This document shows positions 39,836 to 47,594 of a stretch of DNA of 64,000 nucleotides, piece by piece. This DNA comes from SAR86 cluster bacterium. Its GTDB lineage: Bacteria; Pseudomonadota; Gammaproteobacteria; Magnimaribacterales; Magnimaribacteraceae. How positions within the stretch are numbered: position 1 is the first letter of the stretch; the number at the start of each line of letters is the position of its first letter. The stretch is taken from positions 761 to 64,760 of the forward strand of contig JAKUUM010000006.1 in the NCBI GenBank assembly GCA_022447065.1, given 5' to 3'. The notes beneath the pieces are model-generated. The model searched no databases. It saw only the letters and a program-made list of their open reading frames with translations, and was not told the DNA's origin. Position numbers and translations under genes: made by a program.

Positions 39836-40063
39836 TCAAATCAATTCTTTTAATTTGTCTAGACCTCTTTTTATAGGATTTTCTTTCTTCTCTTCTTTTT
39901 CTTGCTTTTCTTTCTCTTCTTTCTCATCTTCTTTTTCATTAACGCCATGAGGGGGATCTAATGAAAAAGGAGTCGGGAATAGGGTTGCTAAAGCATTTTT
40001 AGATAGATCGTAAGTAGAAAGCAATCTTTCAACATCTATTGTTGTAGGATTTTCTTTTTTCAT
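39836..40063 (-). CDS. Small acidic protein with an E/K-rich low-complexity segment (75-aa model; the track's 108-aa model starts at 40162)
   Basis: MKKENPTTIDVERLLSTYDLSK...EKEDEKEEKEKQEKEEKKENPIKRGLDKLKELI. The ATG at 40063 lies 4 nt after the stop of the upstream 39-codon ORF. No family recognised. Confidence 0.3.
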   Translation of the reverse strand: MKKENPTTIDVERLLSTYDLSKNALATLFPTPFSLDPPHGVNEKEDEKEEKEKQEKEEKKENPIKRGLDKLKELI

Positions 40064-40067
40064 TGAT

Positions 40068-40187
40068 TTATTTCTGCCCCTTACGTCCTTGGTTTGGTGA
40101 TCTCGATTTACTTCCTTTCCCATCCCTACTACGATCTGTTTTTTCTCCGTGTTCAAAACCATATTTCTTTTTATTAAAGCCTTTCAT
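40068..40187 (-). CDS. 39-aa highly basic Gly/Lys/Arg-rich peptide (not in the track)
   Basis: MKGFNKKKYGFEHGEKTDRSRDGKGSKSRSPNQGRKGQK. GGAGAG lies 9 nt upstream of the ATG, and a degenerate copy of the leader element lies upstream. It is in a different frame from the track ORF. Confidence 0.25.
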   Translation of the reverse strand: MKGFNKKKYGFEHGEKTDRSRDGKGSKSRSPNQGRKGQK

Positions 40188-40315
40188 AAATCAAAACTCT
40201 CCAACACCAACTATAACAAACTACTGTGTATTAACGGTCAATTAACTTTAGGAAACGCTACTGGGATAGTGAAGCAAAGTGATTTGGTTAGGATTTAGAA
40301 CTAGTTATGATGAGG

Positions 40316-40573
40316 TTATTTATTGTTGTCCCTACTTTCTCTTTTTTTTAAATCTCTGGGTGTAAAATCTCTAGTAGGCGTAAAGTCTCTGGTAGGTGTA
40401 AAGTCTCTAGGTCTATACTCTTTTGGTCTAATTGCCACCAGCTGGTAAATAAGCTCTTCAAAACTATCCAGAGCCTTTCTAACAAAATTTTCTACTTTGG
40501 CAGATTTTTCTTTTACACTTTTTTCTACTTCGTCAGCCACTGAAGTAGAGAAATCTTTTTTTCTTTGTTTCAT
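40316..40573 (-). CDS. 85-aa charged protein with tandem RDFTP(T) repeats, function unknown
   Basis: MKQRKKDFSTSVADEVEKSVKEK...RPRDFTPTRDFTPTRDFTPRDLKKRESRDNNK. Preceded by leader element copy 2. Confidence 0.4.
   Translation of the reverse strand: MKQRKKDFSTSVADEVEKSVKEKSAKVENFVRKALDSFEELIYQLVAIRPKEYRPRDFTPTRDFTPTRDFTPRDLKKRESRDNNK
40351..40414 (-). repeat. About 3.5 tandem copies of an 18-nt coding repeat
   Basis: Plus-strand units are aatctctgggtgtaa, aatctctagtaggcgtaa, agtctctggtaggtgtaa and agtctctaggtct. They encode the RDFTPT units. Confidence 0.8.
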
Positions 40574-40612
40574 TCAGTTAAAACTCTTCATCATGGATTT
40601 TAAAGTATAACT
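40574..40612 (-). promoter_or_regulatory. Conserved leader element, copy 2: TATACT hexamer plus a 6-codon mini-ORF (MMKSFN) abutting the start of the 85-aa ORF
   Basis: The minus strand reads AGTTATACTTTAAAATCCATGATGAAGAGTTTTAACTGA, followed directly by the main ATG (TGAATG). Confidence 0.45.
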
Positions 40613-40692
40613 ACCTTCTCAGGCTTCCGATTGTAATTATGTTCAATTACTGTATAAACTTAAGTTGATTACATGTTTTTTTGGAGAGGATT

Positions 40693-41256
40693 ATGTACTT
40701 CAGATTTTTATTAACCTTAAGTCTTTTCTGTGCACCGTTATTATTTGGTGCTCATCATGAATCTTCTGCTAAGGCGGAATATTCGACGAACGAAATTATT
40801 GATATTGCAATGTCGGCTGCCCCGTCAAATGTGAGTTCTGTTGCTACCATTATTGATTCTACCGGTAAGGTACTGAGAGAGGGTTCCAATGACTGGACTT
40901 GTATGCCAGGAACACCGCCCAATGAAAATGTTAATCCAATGTGCGTGGACAAAGCCTGGCAAAAATGGTTGCAAGCCTTTATGGAACAAACTCCCTATAA
41001 CTCTGAAAATGAATCCTTAGGAACGTCTTACATGTTGATTGGAGATCAGGCTGTAGATAATGATGACCCATTTAATACTGATAGATCTAAGGGTACCTGG
41101 ATTACTGAGGGGCCACACCTTATGCTCTTACTTCCGGAAAGTTTGATGAGCAATCTACCCACCGATCCTTATGCAGGGGGGCCTTACGTAATGTTTAAGG
41201 GTAGTGATTTTGTGCACGTAATGGTGCCTTTAGAAACTACTAAACTTTCAAATTAA
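40693..41256 (+). CDS. Secreted protein of unknown function
   Basis: The ATG at 40693 is preceded by GGAGAGG (the track's TTG start is at 40681). Signal peptide MYFRFLLTLSLFCAPLLFGA. Two Cys (WTCMPG, PMCVD). No family recognised. Confidence 0.5.
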   Translation: MYFRFLLTLSLFCAPLLFGAHHESSAKAEYSTNEIIDIAMSAAPSNVSSVATIIDSTGKVLREGSNDWTCMPGTPPNENVNPMCVDKAWQKWLQAFMEQTPYNSENESLGTSYMLIGDQAVDNDDPFNTDRSKGTWITEGPHLMLLLPESLMSNLPTDPYAGGPYVMFKGSDFVHVMVPLETTKLSN

Positions 41257-41271
41257 ATTCAAGGAGAAATA

Positions 41272-41652
41272 ATGTCTGGAAAAATAGCCAAGTATGTAAC
41301 GGTAGGAACAAACAATTTAAACAAAGCCAAAGAATTTTACGACAAACTTTTTGAGGACTTGGGAGCAAGAAGTTTTGCTCCCAATGAAAGGAGCTTTTTT
41401 TATACCCTGAAGGATGACGATACTGTCTTTGCCATATTTATACCTTACGATGGTAATGAGGCCACCGTGGGCAATGGCAACATGACCGGCATCACTTTGG
41501 ATTCTACTGAAGAAGTTGATGCTATGTATGCTAAAGCGATGGAGTTAGGAGCTACAGATGAAGGTGCTCCGGGTGAACGAGTGCCAACCTTTTATGGCGC
41601 TTACGTTAGAGACCTGGATGGCAATAAGCTTGTCTTTTGTAAGATGGGTTAA
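41272..41652 (+). CDS. VOC (glyoxalase/bleomycin-resistance/dioxygenase) family protein
   Basis: 126 aa. Its size, the FYDKLF...LG pattern and the C-terminal YVRDLDGNKL are typical of the VOC fold. Confidence 0.6.
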   Translation: MSGKIAKYVTVGTNNLNKAKEFYDKLFEDLGARSFAPNERSFFYTLKDDDTVFAIFIPYDGNEATVGNGNMTGITLDSTEEVDAMYAKAMELGATDEGAPGERVPTFYGAYVRDLDGNKLVFCKMG

Positions 41653-42509
41653 GCATTAGCTTCTTTTTTTGCAGTAACAAGCCAAGCTGCACCGGGGAAA
41701 ATAAGCCCTTTGTCTGAATAATAAGGAGAAAAGACTTCCATTGTTGATTTTATAATCTCTTGTTTCACCTCATTGGACGAGTCTTTTAGCATTTCACTTA
41801 CCACAGGGTTGATTGCCATATAATCTTTTACTGAATCAGCAAGGCTTCTACCTGAGAACATATTGACTTCAGCTTCATGTCCTTCTATTTCTATACTCTC
41901 AAAATTACTATTTTCAAGAATGGAATTTACGTAATTAGATTCCATGAATGCAAATGGACCAGGGCTCCTCGGAGGAGGAGCCGGTAGGTCAATAAATTTT
42001 TTCACTTCCTGTACAAATAATGATTGCCACGGGTTTTGTATTGGAGACTGCCAGCAAACAAAAGATAAGGGAGATCCAGGTAGAAGACTTTTGTTGATAT
42101 TTCTAAAGGCAGCTACTGAATCTTCGAAAAACATAACTCCAAACCTGGAAAATGCTGCACTGAAGGTATCACTACCTATGTCCTCAGTTTGAACATCTAC
42201 GCACTGGAAAGAAATGTTGTCCAAAGATAGCTCTAGAGCAGATTCTGTAGCTCTTTGAAGCATTGGTTCTGAGATATCTAAACCGGTAACCCTCCCTCTA
42301 GGTTTTATTTTTCCTGCAATACTAAGAGTTGTATTACCACATCCACATCCTATGTCTAATACATTTGCATCTTCACTAAGTTCAAGCTTTTGGAGTGCTG
42401 CCTCGCCCAGAGGTTTTAACATAATATCCATGACATTTTGGCGTTGCACCCAAAGATCTCCGCCTTTGCCTGACCAGAAATCTTTTTGACCTTTATTTGC
42501 TTCCGACAT
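41649..42509 (-). CDS. Class I SAM-dependent methyltransferase
   Basis: 286 aa with motif I VLDIGCGCGNTT. Confidence 0.8.
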   Translation of the reverse strand: MSEANKGQKDFWSGKGGDLWVQRQNVMDIMLKPLGEAALQKLELSEDANVLDIGCGCGNTTLSIAGKIKPRGRVTGLDISEPMLQRATESALELSLDNISFQCVDVQTEDIGSDTFSAAFSRFGVMFFEDSVAAFRNINKSLLPGSPLSFVCWQSPIQNPWQSLFVQEVKKFIDLPAPPPRSPGPFAFMESNYVNSILENSNFESIEIEGHEAEVNMFSGRSLADSVKDYMAINPVVSEMLKDSSNEVKQEIIKSTMEVFSPYYSDKGLIFPGAAWLVTAKKEANA

Positions 42510-42592
42510 TAGATTTGCTCCTCTTAGGTTAGTATTAAACCAACAGTAGTAAAAACTTTATAATGTTAGTCTAACTTAATTCTTTTTAAACT

Positions 42593-43972
42593 GTGGACGC
42601 TGTTAACAACTCTATTTTAGATATTATTGGAAATACTCCAATGGTTAAGCTTACGGCCTTCGATACGGGACCGTGTGAACTTTTTGTAAAACTAGAGAAT
42701 CATAATCCTGGAGGTTCAATAAAAGACCGAATAGGTCTATCCATCATAGAAGAAGCAGAAAAATCGGGAGCCTTAAAGCCAGGAGGAACCATCATTGAAG
42801 CCACGGCAGGGAATACCGGCATAGGTTTAGCTTTGGTTGCTGCTATAAAAGGCTATAAGTTAGTACTTGTAATTCCCGACAAGATGAGCCGGGAGAAGAT
42901 CCTTCATCTAGAGGGCTTAGGTGCTGAGATTAAGATAACAAGATCTGATGTTACTGCGGGGCATCCAGAGTATTATCAGGATGTAGCTAGGAAATTAGCA
43001 ACCGAAATTCCAGGCTCTTTTTTAGCCGATCAATTTTCCAATCCGGCTAACCCATTGGCGCATAGGACAACTACCGGCCCGGAGATTTGGGAACAAATGG
43101 GAGGGAAATTAGATGCTCTTGTTGCCGGGGTGGGTTCAGGCGGAACTATAACTGGATTAGCTGAATTTTTTAAGGAAAAGAATCCTGACATTCAAATGGT
43201 AGTAGCCGATCCTGAAGGATCAGTAATAGCCGATGCAGTAACTAAAGGTACCTACAAGTATGAGGGAGGTTCATGGTTTGTTGAAGGAATAGGAGAAGAC
43301 TTCATTCCGACTAATCTGAACCTAGATTTATTAGATGATGCCGTGGTGGTTTCAGACAAAGAGGCTTTTGGAGTCCTTCAAAAATTACTCAGAGAAGAAG
43401 GTATTCTTGCAGGATCTTCAACAGGAACTTTGATAAGTGGAGCTATAAAATGGTGTCAAAAACAAGATTCTCCTAAAAAGGTTGTCACTTTAGTATGCGA
43501 CACTGGCAACAAATATTTATCTAAAGCTTTTAGTAGGTCTTGGCTTAAAGATAATGAATTAATTGAAGAAGAAGGGGAAGGCGACCTCTCCGATCTCATT
43601 AGCAGAAGGGCAGATAAAGCTGAAATGGTGAGTGTCAAATCCGACGACACTTTAATGACAGCTTATAACAGAATGAGGGCTTCAGATGTTTCTCAGCTAC
43701 CTGTCCTGGAAGAAGGCAAATTGGTGGGCATTGTTGATGAAGAAGATCTATTACTCAATGTCTACAGGGATGAAAATTTATTCTCTAAGTCAATTGGATC
43801 CATCATGATTACTAAACTAGAAACCTTAGATGTTAATTCTGATGAGAGCTCACTTTATGAGACCTTATCTCAAGGTAAAGTCGCTATTATCTATGATAAG
43901 GACCTATTTTTAGGATTCATAACTAAGGTAGATTTAATCAATAGATATAAAAGCTTATTTAAATTAAGTTAA
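42593..43972 (+). CDS. Cystathionine beta-synthase (PLP domain plus tandem CBS pair)
   Basis: 459 aa, GTG start. GGSIKDR, GNTGIGLA and GVGSGGTITG of fold-type II PLP enzymes, then a C-terminal pair of CBS modules. Confidence 0.85.
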   Translation: MDAVNNSILDIIGNTPMVKLTAFDTGPCELFVKLENHNPGGSIKDRIGLSIIEEAEKSGALKPGGTIIEATAGNTGIGLALVAAIKGYKLVLVIPDKMSREKILHLEGLGAEIKITRSDVTAGHPEYYQDVARKLATEIPGSFLADQFSNPANPLAHRTTTGPEIWEQMGGKLDALVAGVGSGGTITGLAEFFKEKNPDIQMVVADPEGSVIADAVTKGTYKYEGGSWFVEGIGEDFIPTNLNLDLLDDAVVVSDKEAFGVLQKLLREEGILAGSSTGTLISGAIKWCQKQDSPKKVVTLVCDTGNKYLSKAFSRSWLKDNELIEEEGEGDLSDLISRRADKAEMVSVKSDDTLMTAYNRMRASDVSQLPVLEEGKLVGIVDEEDLLLNVYRDENLFSKSIGSIMITKLETLDVNSDESSLYETLSQGKVAIIYDKDLFLGFITKVDLINRYKSLFKLS

Positions 43973-43977
43973 GTGTG

Positions 43978-45150
43978 ATGAAAGATAAAAAGAATACTCA
44001 AGGATTTTCCACAAAAGCAATTCACTCTGGTCAGGAACCAGATCCTACAACTGGAGCTATTATTGGACCAATTTATACCAGCTCTACTTATGTACAAGAT
44101 AGTCCTGGTGAGCACAAAGGTTACGACTACTCTCGAACTGTAAATCCAACGAGAAAGGCACTTGAAACCTGTATTGCTGATTTGGAACAGGGAGGATCTG
44201 GTTATGCCTACGCTTCCGGTATGGCAGCAACAGCAACCGTTTTGGAAATTTTAGATTCAGGCGATCATGTCATCAGCATGGATGATCTTTATGGAGGAAC
44301 TTACAGACTGTTTAAAAATGTTAGAGAAAGGTCTTCTGGGCTTGATTTTAGTTTTACTGACTTAAGGGTGTTGGACAACCTAGCATCTTCAGTTCAAGAA
44401 AATTCTAAAATGATTTGGGTGGAAAGCCCGTCAAATCCCCTTTTGAGGATAGTTGACCTTAAAGAAGTCAGTAAATTTGCTAAAAACCACGGCCTTATTA
44501 CCGTGTGTGATAATACTTTTTGTTCACCTTATTTGCAGAAACCCCTGACCCTAGGTTTTGATATCGTAGTCCATTCTGCAACTAAATACCTAAATGGTCA
44601 CTCTGACGTTATTGGGGGTATTGTTGTATGCTCTGAAGAGAGAAAAGACCTTAAGGAGAAATTAGATTTTTTGTCTAATTCCATAGGTTCAATTATGAGT
44701 CCTTTTGACAGTTACTTGGTGTTGAGGAGTCTTAAAACTTTAGCTGTTAGGATGGAGAAACACTGTAAAAATGCTTCTCAGGTTGCAGCTTTCCTTCAGG
44801 ACCATAATGCGGTTGAGAAAATCTACTACCCTGGATTATCAAGTCACCCACAACATGATCTCGCCAAGAATCAGATGAAAGGATTTGGAGGCATAATCAC
44901 TGTCGTGCTCAAGGGAGGTCTAGAAAGTGCTAAAAGTTTCTTGGGAAGAACAAAACTCTTTTCATTAGCTGAGAGTTTAGGTGGAGTAGAGAGTCTAATT
45001 GAACACCCAGCCATCATGACACATGCTTCTGTCCCCCCAAATATAAGAGAAAAGTTAGGGATAGAGGACGGTTTGGTTCGTCTTTCAGTAGGGATAGAAT
45101 CCATAGAAGATCTTTTGCAAGATCTTGAACAGGCTCTTAATGGCGCTTAG
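43978..45150 (+). CDS. Cystathionine gamma-lyase / Cys-Met-metabolism PLP enzyme
   Basis: About 390 aa (the track starts at GTG 43975). Schiff-base region VVHSATKYLNGHSDVIGG. Lies immediately downstream of the CBS gene. Confidence 0.85.
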   Translation: MKDKKNTQGFSTKAIHSGQEPDPTTGAIIGPIYTSSTYVQDSPGEHKGYDYSRTVNPTRKALETCIADLEQGGSGYAYASGMAATATVLEILDSGDHVISMDDLYGGTYRLFKNVRERSSGLDFSFTDLRVLDNLASSVQENSKMIWVESPSNPLLRIVDLKEVSKFAKNHGLITVCDNTFCSPYLQKPLTLGFDIVVHSATKYLNGHSDVIGGIVVCSEERKDLKEKLDFLSNSIGSIMSPFDSYLVLRSLKTLAVRMEKHCKNASQVAAFLQDHNAVEKIYYPGLSSHPQHDLAKNQMKGFGGIITVVLKGGLESAKSFLGRTKLFSLAESLGGVESLIEHPAIMTHASVPPNIREKLGIEDGLVRLSVGIESIEDLLQDLEQALNGA

Positions 45151-46150
45151 ATGTATGCCAATTGACCTCTCGAGAAGTCTTACCTATCTGTTCTACTACT
45201 CCTAAAACCAAAGCAAATAGAGCCATCCTAATCACTATGCCATTATCGGCTTGTCTAAAAATGGCCAAATTAGGATTTTTATATAAATCTGAGTCAAGTT
45301 CATTAGCCCCTTGACGCGAATCCCTAGGAAGAGGATGCATGATAACGGTATTTGGTTCGCAATTTGCCGTGTAGATCTTTTCATTAAGCCTTAAGAGTCC
45401 CCTGTATTTTTTGGCATCGGATTTGTTTTTGAATCTCTCTTCTTGAATTCTAGTCATATATATTATGTCTACTTCAATAATACCTTCTTCAATATTTTCA
45501 AATTCATTTATATTTACCCCTGACTCTGTTAGGAGTCTTAAATAAGAATCAGGCAATCTTAACTTTCTTGGAGAAATCAGATTAATTGTCACGTCTTTGT
45601 ACAGACAAAGCACTTTGCTAAGAGAATGTACAGCTCTTCCAAATTTTAAATCTCCAACCAGAGCTATTCTAAGACCTTGAATCGTTTTATGGTTTGCCTC
45701 TAATTCCTTTTTTATTGTGTATAAGTCAAGAAGAGCTTGCGTGGGGTGTTCGTTAGAACCATCACCTCCATTGATGACCGGTACTCGGCTGGCTTGAGAA
45801 AAGGATTCTACTGAACCCTCTTCAGGATGGCGCATAACTATGATATCGCTATAACCACTTAAAACCTGGGCTGTATCCATTAAAGATTCCCCTTTTGTTA
45901 AAGAAGAAGACTTAACTTCAGTTGTTTCTCTAACGGCTCCACCCAAAAGGTTAAAGGCGGCACCAAAACTTATTCTGGTTCTTGTGCTTGGTTCGAAGAA
46001 CATATTGCCGAGAATGGCACCTTCCAGAACACGTGTTACTTTTTTTCTTAATGAATAAGGCTCTAAGCTCTCAGCTACTGAAAAAAGGGTGTCTATATCT
46101 GAATGATCAAATTGGTCTATGGAGAGGATGTGACTACCGCTAAAATCCAC
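45137..46150 (-). CDS. pyrB: Aspartate carbamoyltransferase catalytic subunit
   Basis: 337 aa. FEPSTRTRISF, EHPTQALLD, GRAVHSL and HPLPR. HPLPR rather than HCLP argues for ATCase over OTCase. Confidence 0.85.
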   Translation of the reverse strand: MDFSGSHILSIDQFDHSDIDTLFSVAESLEPYSLRKKVTRVLEGAILGNMFFEPSTRTRISFGAAFNLLGGAVRETTEVKSSSLTKGESLMDTAQVLSGYSDIIVMRHPEEGSVESFSQASRVPVINGGDGSNEHPTQALLDLYTIKKELEANHKTIQGLRIALVGDLKFGRAVHSLSKVLCLYKDVTINLISPRKLRLPDSYLRLLTESGVNINEFENIEEGIIEVDIIYMTRIQEERFKNKSDAKKYRGLLRLNEKIYTANCEPNTVIMHPLPRDSRQGANELDSDLYKNPNLAIFRQADNGIVIRMALFALVLGVVEQIGKTSREVNWHTSKRH

Positions 46151-46184
46151 TTAAGTTTAAACCTGTTTCTTTATTCTACCATTC

Positions 46185-47087
46185 TTAAGTTGAATTTTTG
46201 TATGTTGTAGCCAATCCTTTCCCTCTAACGGAAATCCATTCGTTGGTGGGGCTATCTATGTCTCCAAATCTTGTACCCGTTTCGGCAAAGTGATAAACCA
46301 TGGCCGTCCTTCTTCTGTTTGATTTATTATCGTAGGATTTATGCATCAGAAAGCTATGAAAAAGAAGAAGGTCTCCCGTATCAAGTAACAAAGGTATTTC
46401 CTTCTCAAAATTGTGATCTTTAATTTCAGTATATCCATAATTTGAACCTGGTCTTTCATCGGGAAGGTGCTCGTGTATGGGTTCTTTCTGAGATCCAGGC
46501 AAGACGACCAAACAACCATTTTCTTTGGTTGCAGGACTGGTTGCTAACCAAGCCCCAACTTGTGGTGATCTATCAAAAGGAAAGTAAGAAGAATCTTGAT
46601 GCCAAGGTTGGCCCCATGCGCCTGGATTCTTAAAGATGAATTGGCTCAAAAAACAATCTATATTCTCACCTAGGATATCTTCTATCACGTTGAGTAAATC
46701 TTCACGTTTTATGAATTCATTAAATATACCCTTTTGATGAAGCCTGAAAACTTTTGACATTTCATCCTCTATATTTTCTACCTTTTCAGAGGGCTTCATT
46801 TCTCGAATCCCGATGTGACCTTGGTCGATGTAAGCATGGTTGAATTTTTCGGCTTTTTTGACCATAGATCGAACAATGTCTATTACGGTTTGATTTATCT
46901 CTTCACATTTATCATCAGAAGAAAAATGCGGAATCAGTATGAAACCGTTCTCATTCCAAGATTTCTCTTGATGTGCAGATAAATATTTTGATTTGGATAC
47001 AATCTGGGGAGAAGTCCTTCCTTTTTGCTTATTTATTCTGTTTATGAATTCCTCTGTTGAAGAATTATTTTGCTCTTCTTTACTCAC
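46185..47087 (-). CDS. Phytanoyl-CoA dioxygenase (PhyH) family Fe(II)/2OG oxygenase
   Basis: 300 aa. WHQDSSYFP (HxD) and a distal His in LLFHSFLMHKS. Confidence 0.75.
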   Translation of the reverse strand: MSKEEQNNSSTEEFINRINKQKGRTSPQIVSKSKYLSAHQEKSWNENGFILIPHFSSDDKCEEINQTVIDIVRSMVKKAEKFNHAYIDQGHIGIREMKPSEKVENIEDEMSKVFRLHQKGIFNEFIKREDLLNVIEDILGENIDCFLSQFIFKNPGAWGQPWHQDSSYFPFDRSPQVGAWLATSPATKENGCLVVLPGSQKEPIHEHLPDERPGSNYGYTEIKDHNFEKEIPLLLDTGDLLLFHSFLMHKSYDNKSNRRRTAMVYHFAETGTRFGDIDSPTNEWISVRGKGLATTYKNST

Positions 47088-47196
47088 TTCTTGTTTCTCT
47101 AACTGTTCTTTACATTATTATTTAACCAACTTAGTGGTTAAAAAGCATTTTTTTTGAGAAGATGAAAACTATAAATTACTTAATAAGGGAGGATGT

Positions 47197-47523
47197 ATGG
47201 CCAGTTTTGATGAACTAAAAGAGCAGGCAGAAAAATCTTTTGTGCCCGACGGTGCTAAGGGATTGCAAGCAACTGTCCAATTAAACATAGAAGGTTTAAC
47301 CAATATGTTTTACGAAATTAATGATGGAAGCCTTAGCGTCGGAGAAGGGGATCATGCGGACCCGGACCTAACCTTAACCTTTGATAGTATCGAAACCATG
47401 GAAAAAGTTTTTTCTGGTGATCAGGCAGCGGCGATGCAAGCTTTTATGACTGGTAAGGTCAAGTTTACTGGGGATATGGCATTAGGACAAAAACTAGGTT
47501 CAGTTTTTAAGCCACCAAAATGA
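47197..47523 (+). CDS. SCP2 sterol/lipid-binding domain protein
   Basis: 108 aa. The C-terminal MTGKVKFTGDMALGQKL is typical of SCP2. Confidence 0.7.
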   Translation: MASFDELKEQAEKSFVPDGAKGLQATVQLNIEGLTNMFYEINDGSLSVGEGDHADPDLTLTFDSIETMEKVFSGDQAAAMQAFMTGKVKFTGDMALGQKLGSVFKPPK

Positions 47524-47594
47524 AGGAGCTCTATGGTCCATGAGAGAATGTGGATGTGGACCGATCCGAAGTCTTTCAAGGGGTCCTAAAGAGA

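Noticed and set aside
39765-39950. 61-aa plus-strand ORF with an FSSFS low-complexity sequence over a polypyrimidine tract
   Set aside because: It is the mirror image of the E/K-rich coding segment on the minus strand. The polypyrimidine run is explained by GAA/AAG codons on the other strand.
40351-40414. Possible CRISPR-like or other non-coding repeat array
   Set aside because: It is only about 3.5 contiguous 18-nt units with no spacers, in frame within an ORF. No CRISPR-like repeat-spacer architecture or cas genes were seen anywhere in the window.
42510-42592. SAM-type riboswitch upstream of the cystathionine beta-synthase gene
   Set aside because: The 83-nt AT-rich leader shows no recognisable SAM-II/SAM-V pseudoknot consensus by eye. 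A covariance-model scan would be needed to exclude it fully.
45137-46150. Ornithine carbamoyltransferase as an alternative call for the STRTR-containing gene
   Set aside because: HPLPR (not HCLP), EHPTQALLD and a C-terminal region colinear with E. coli-type PyrB all favour aspartate carbamoyltransferase.
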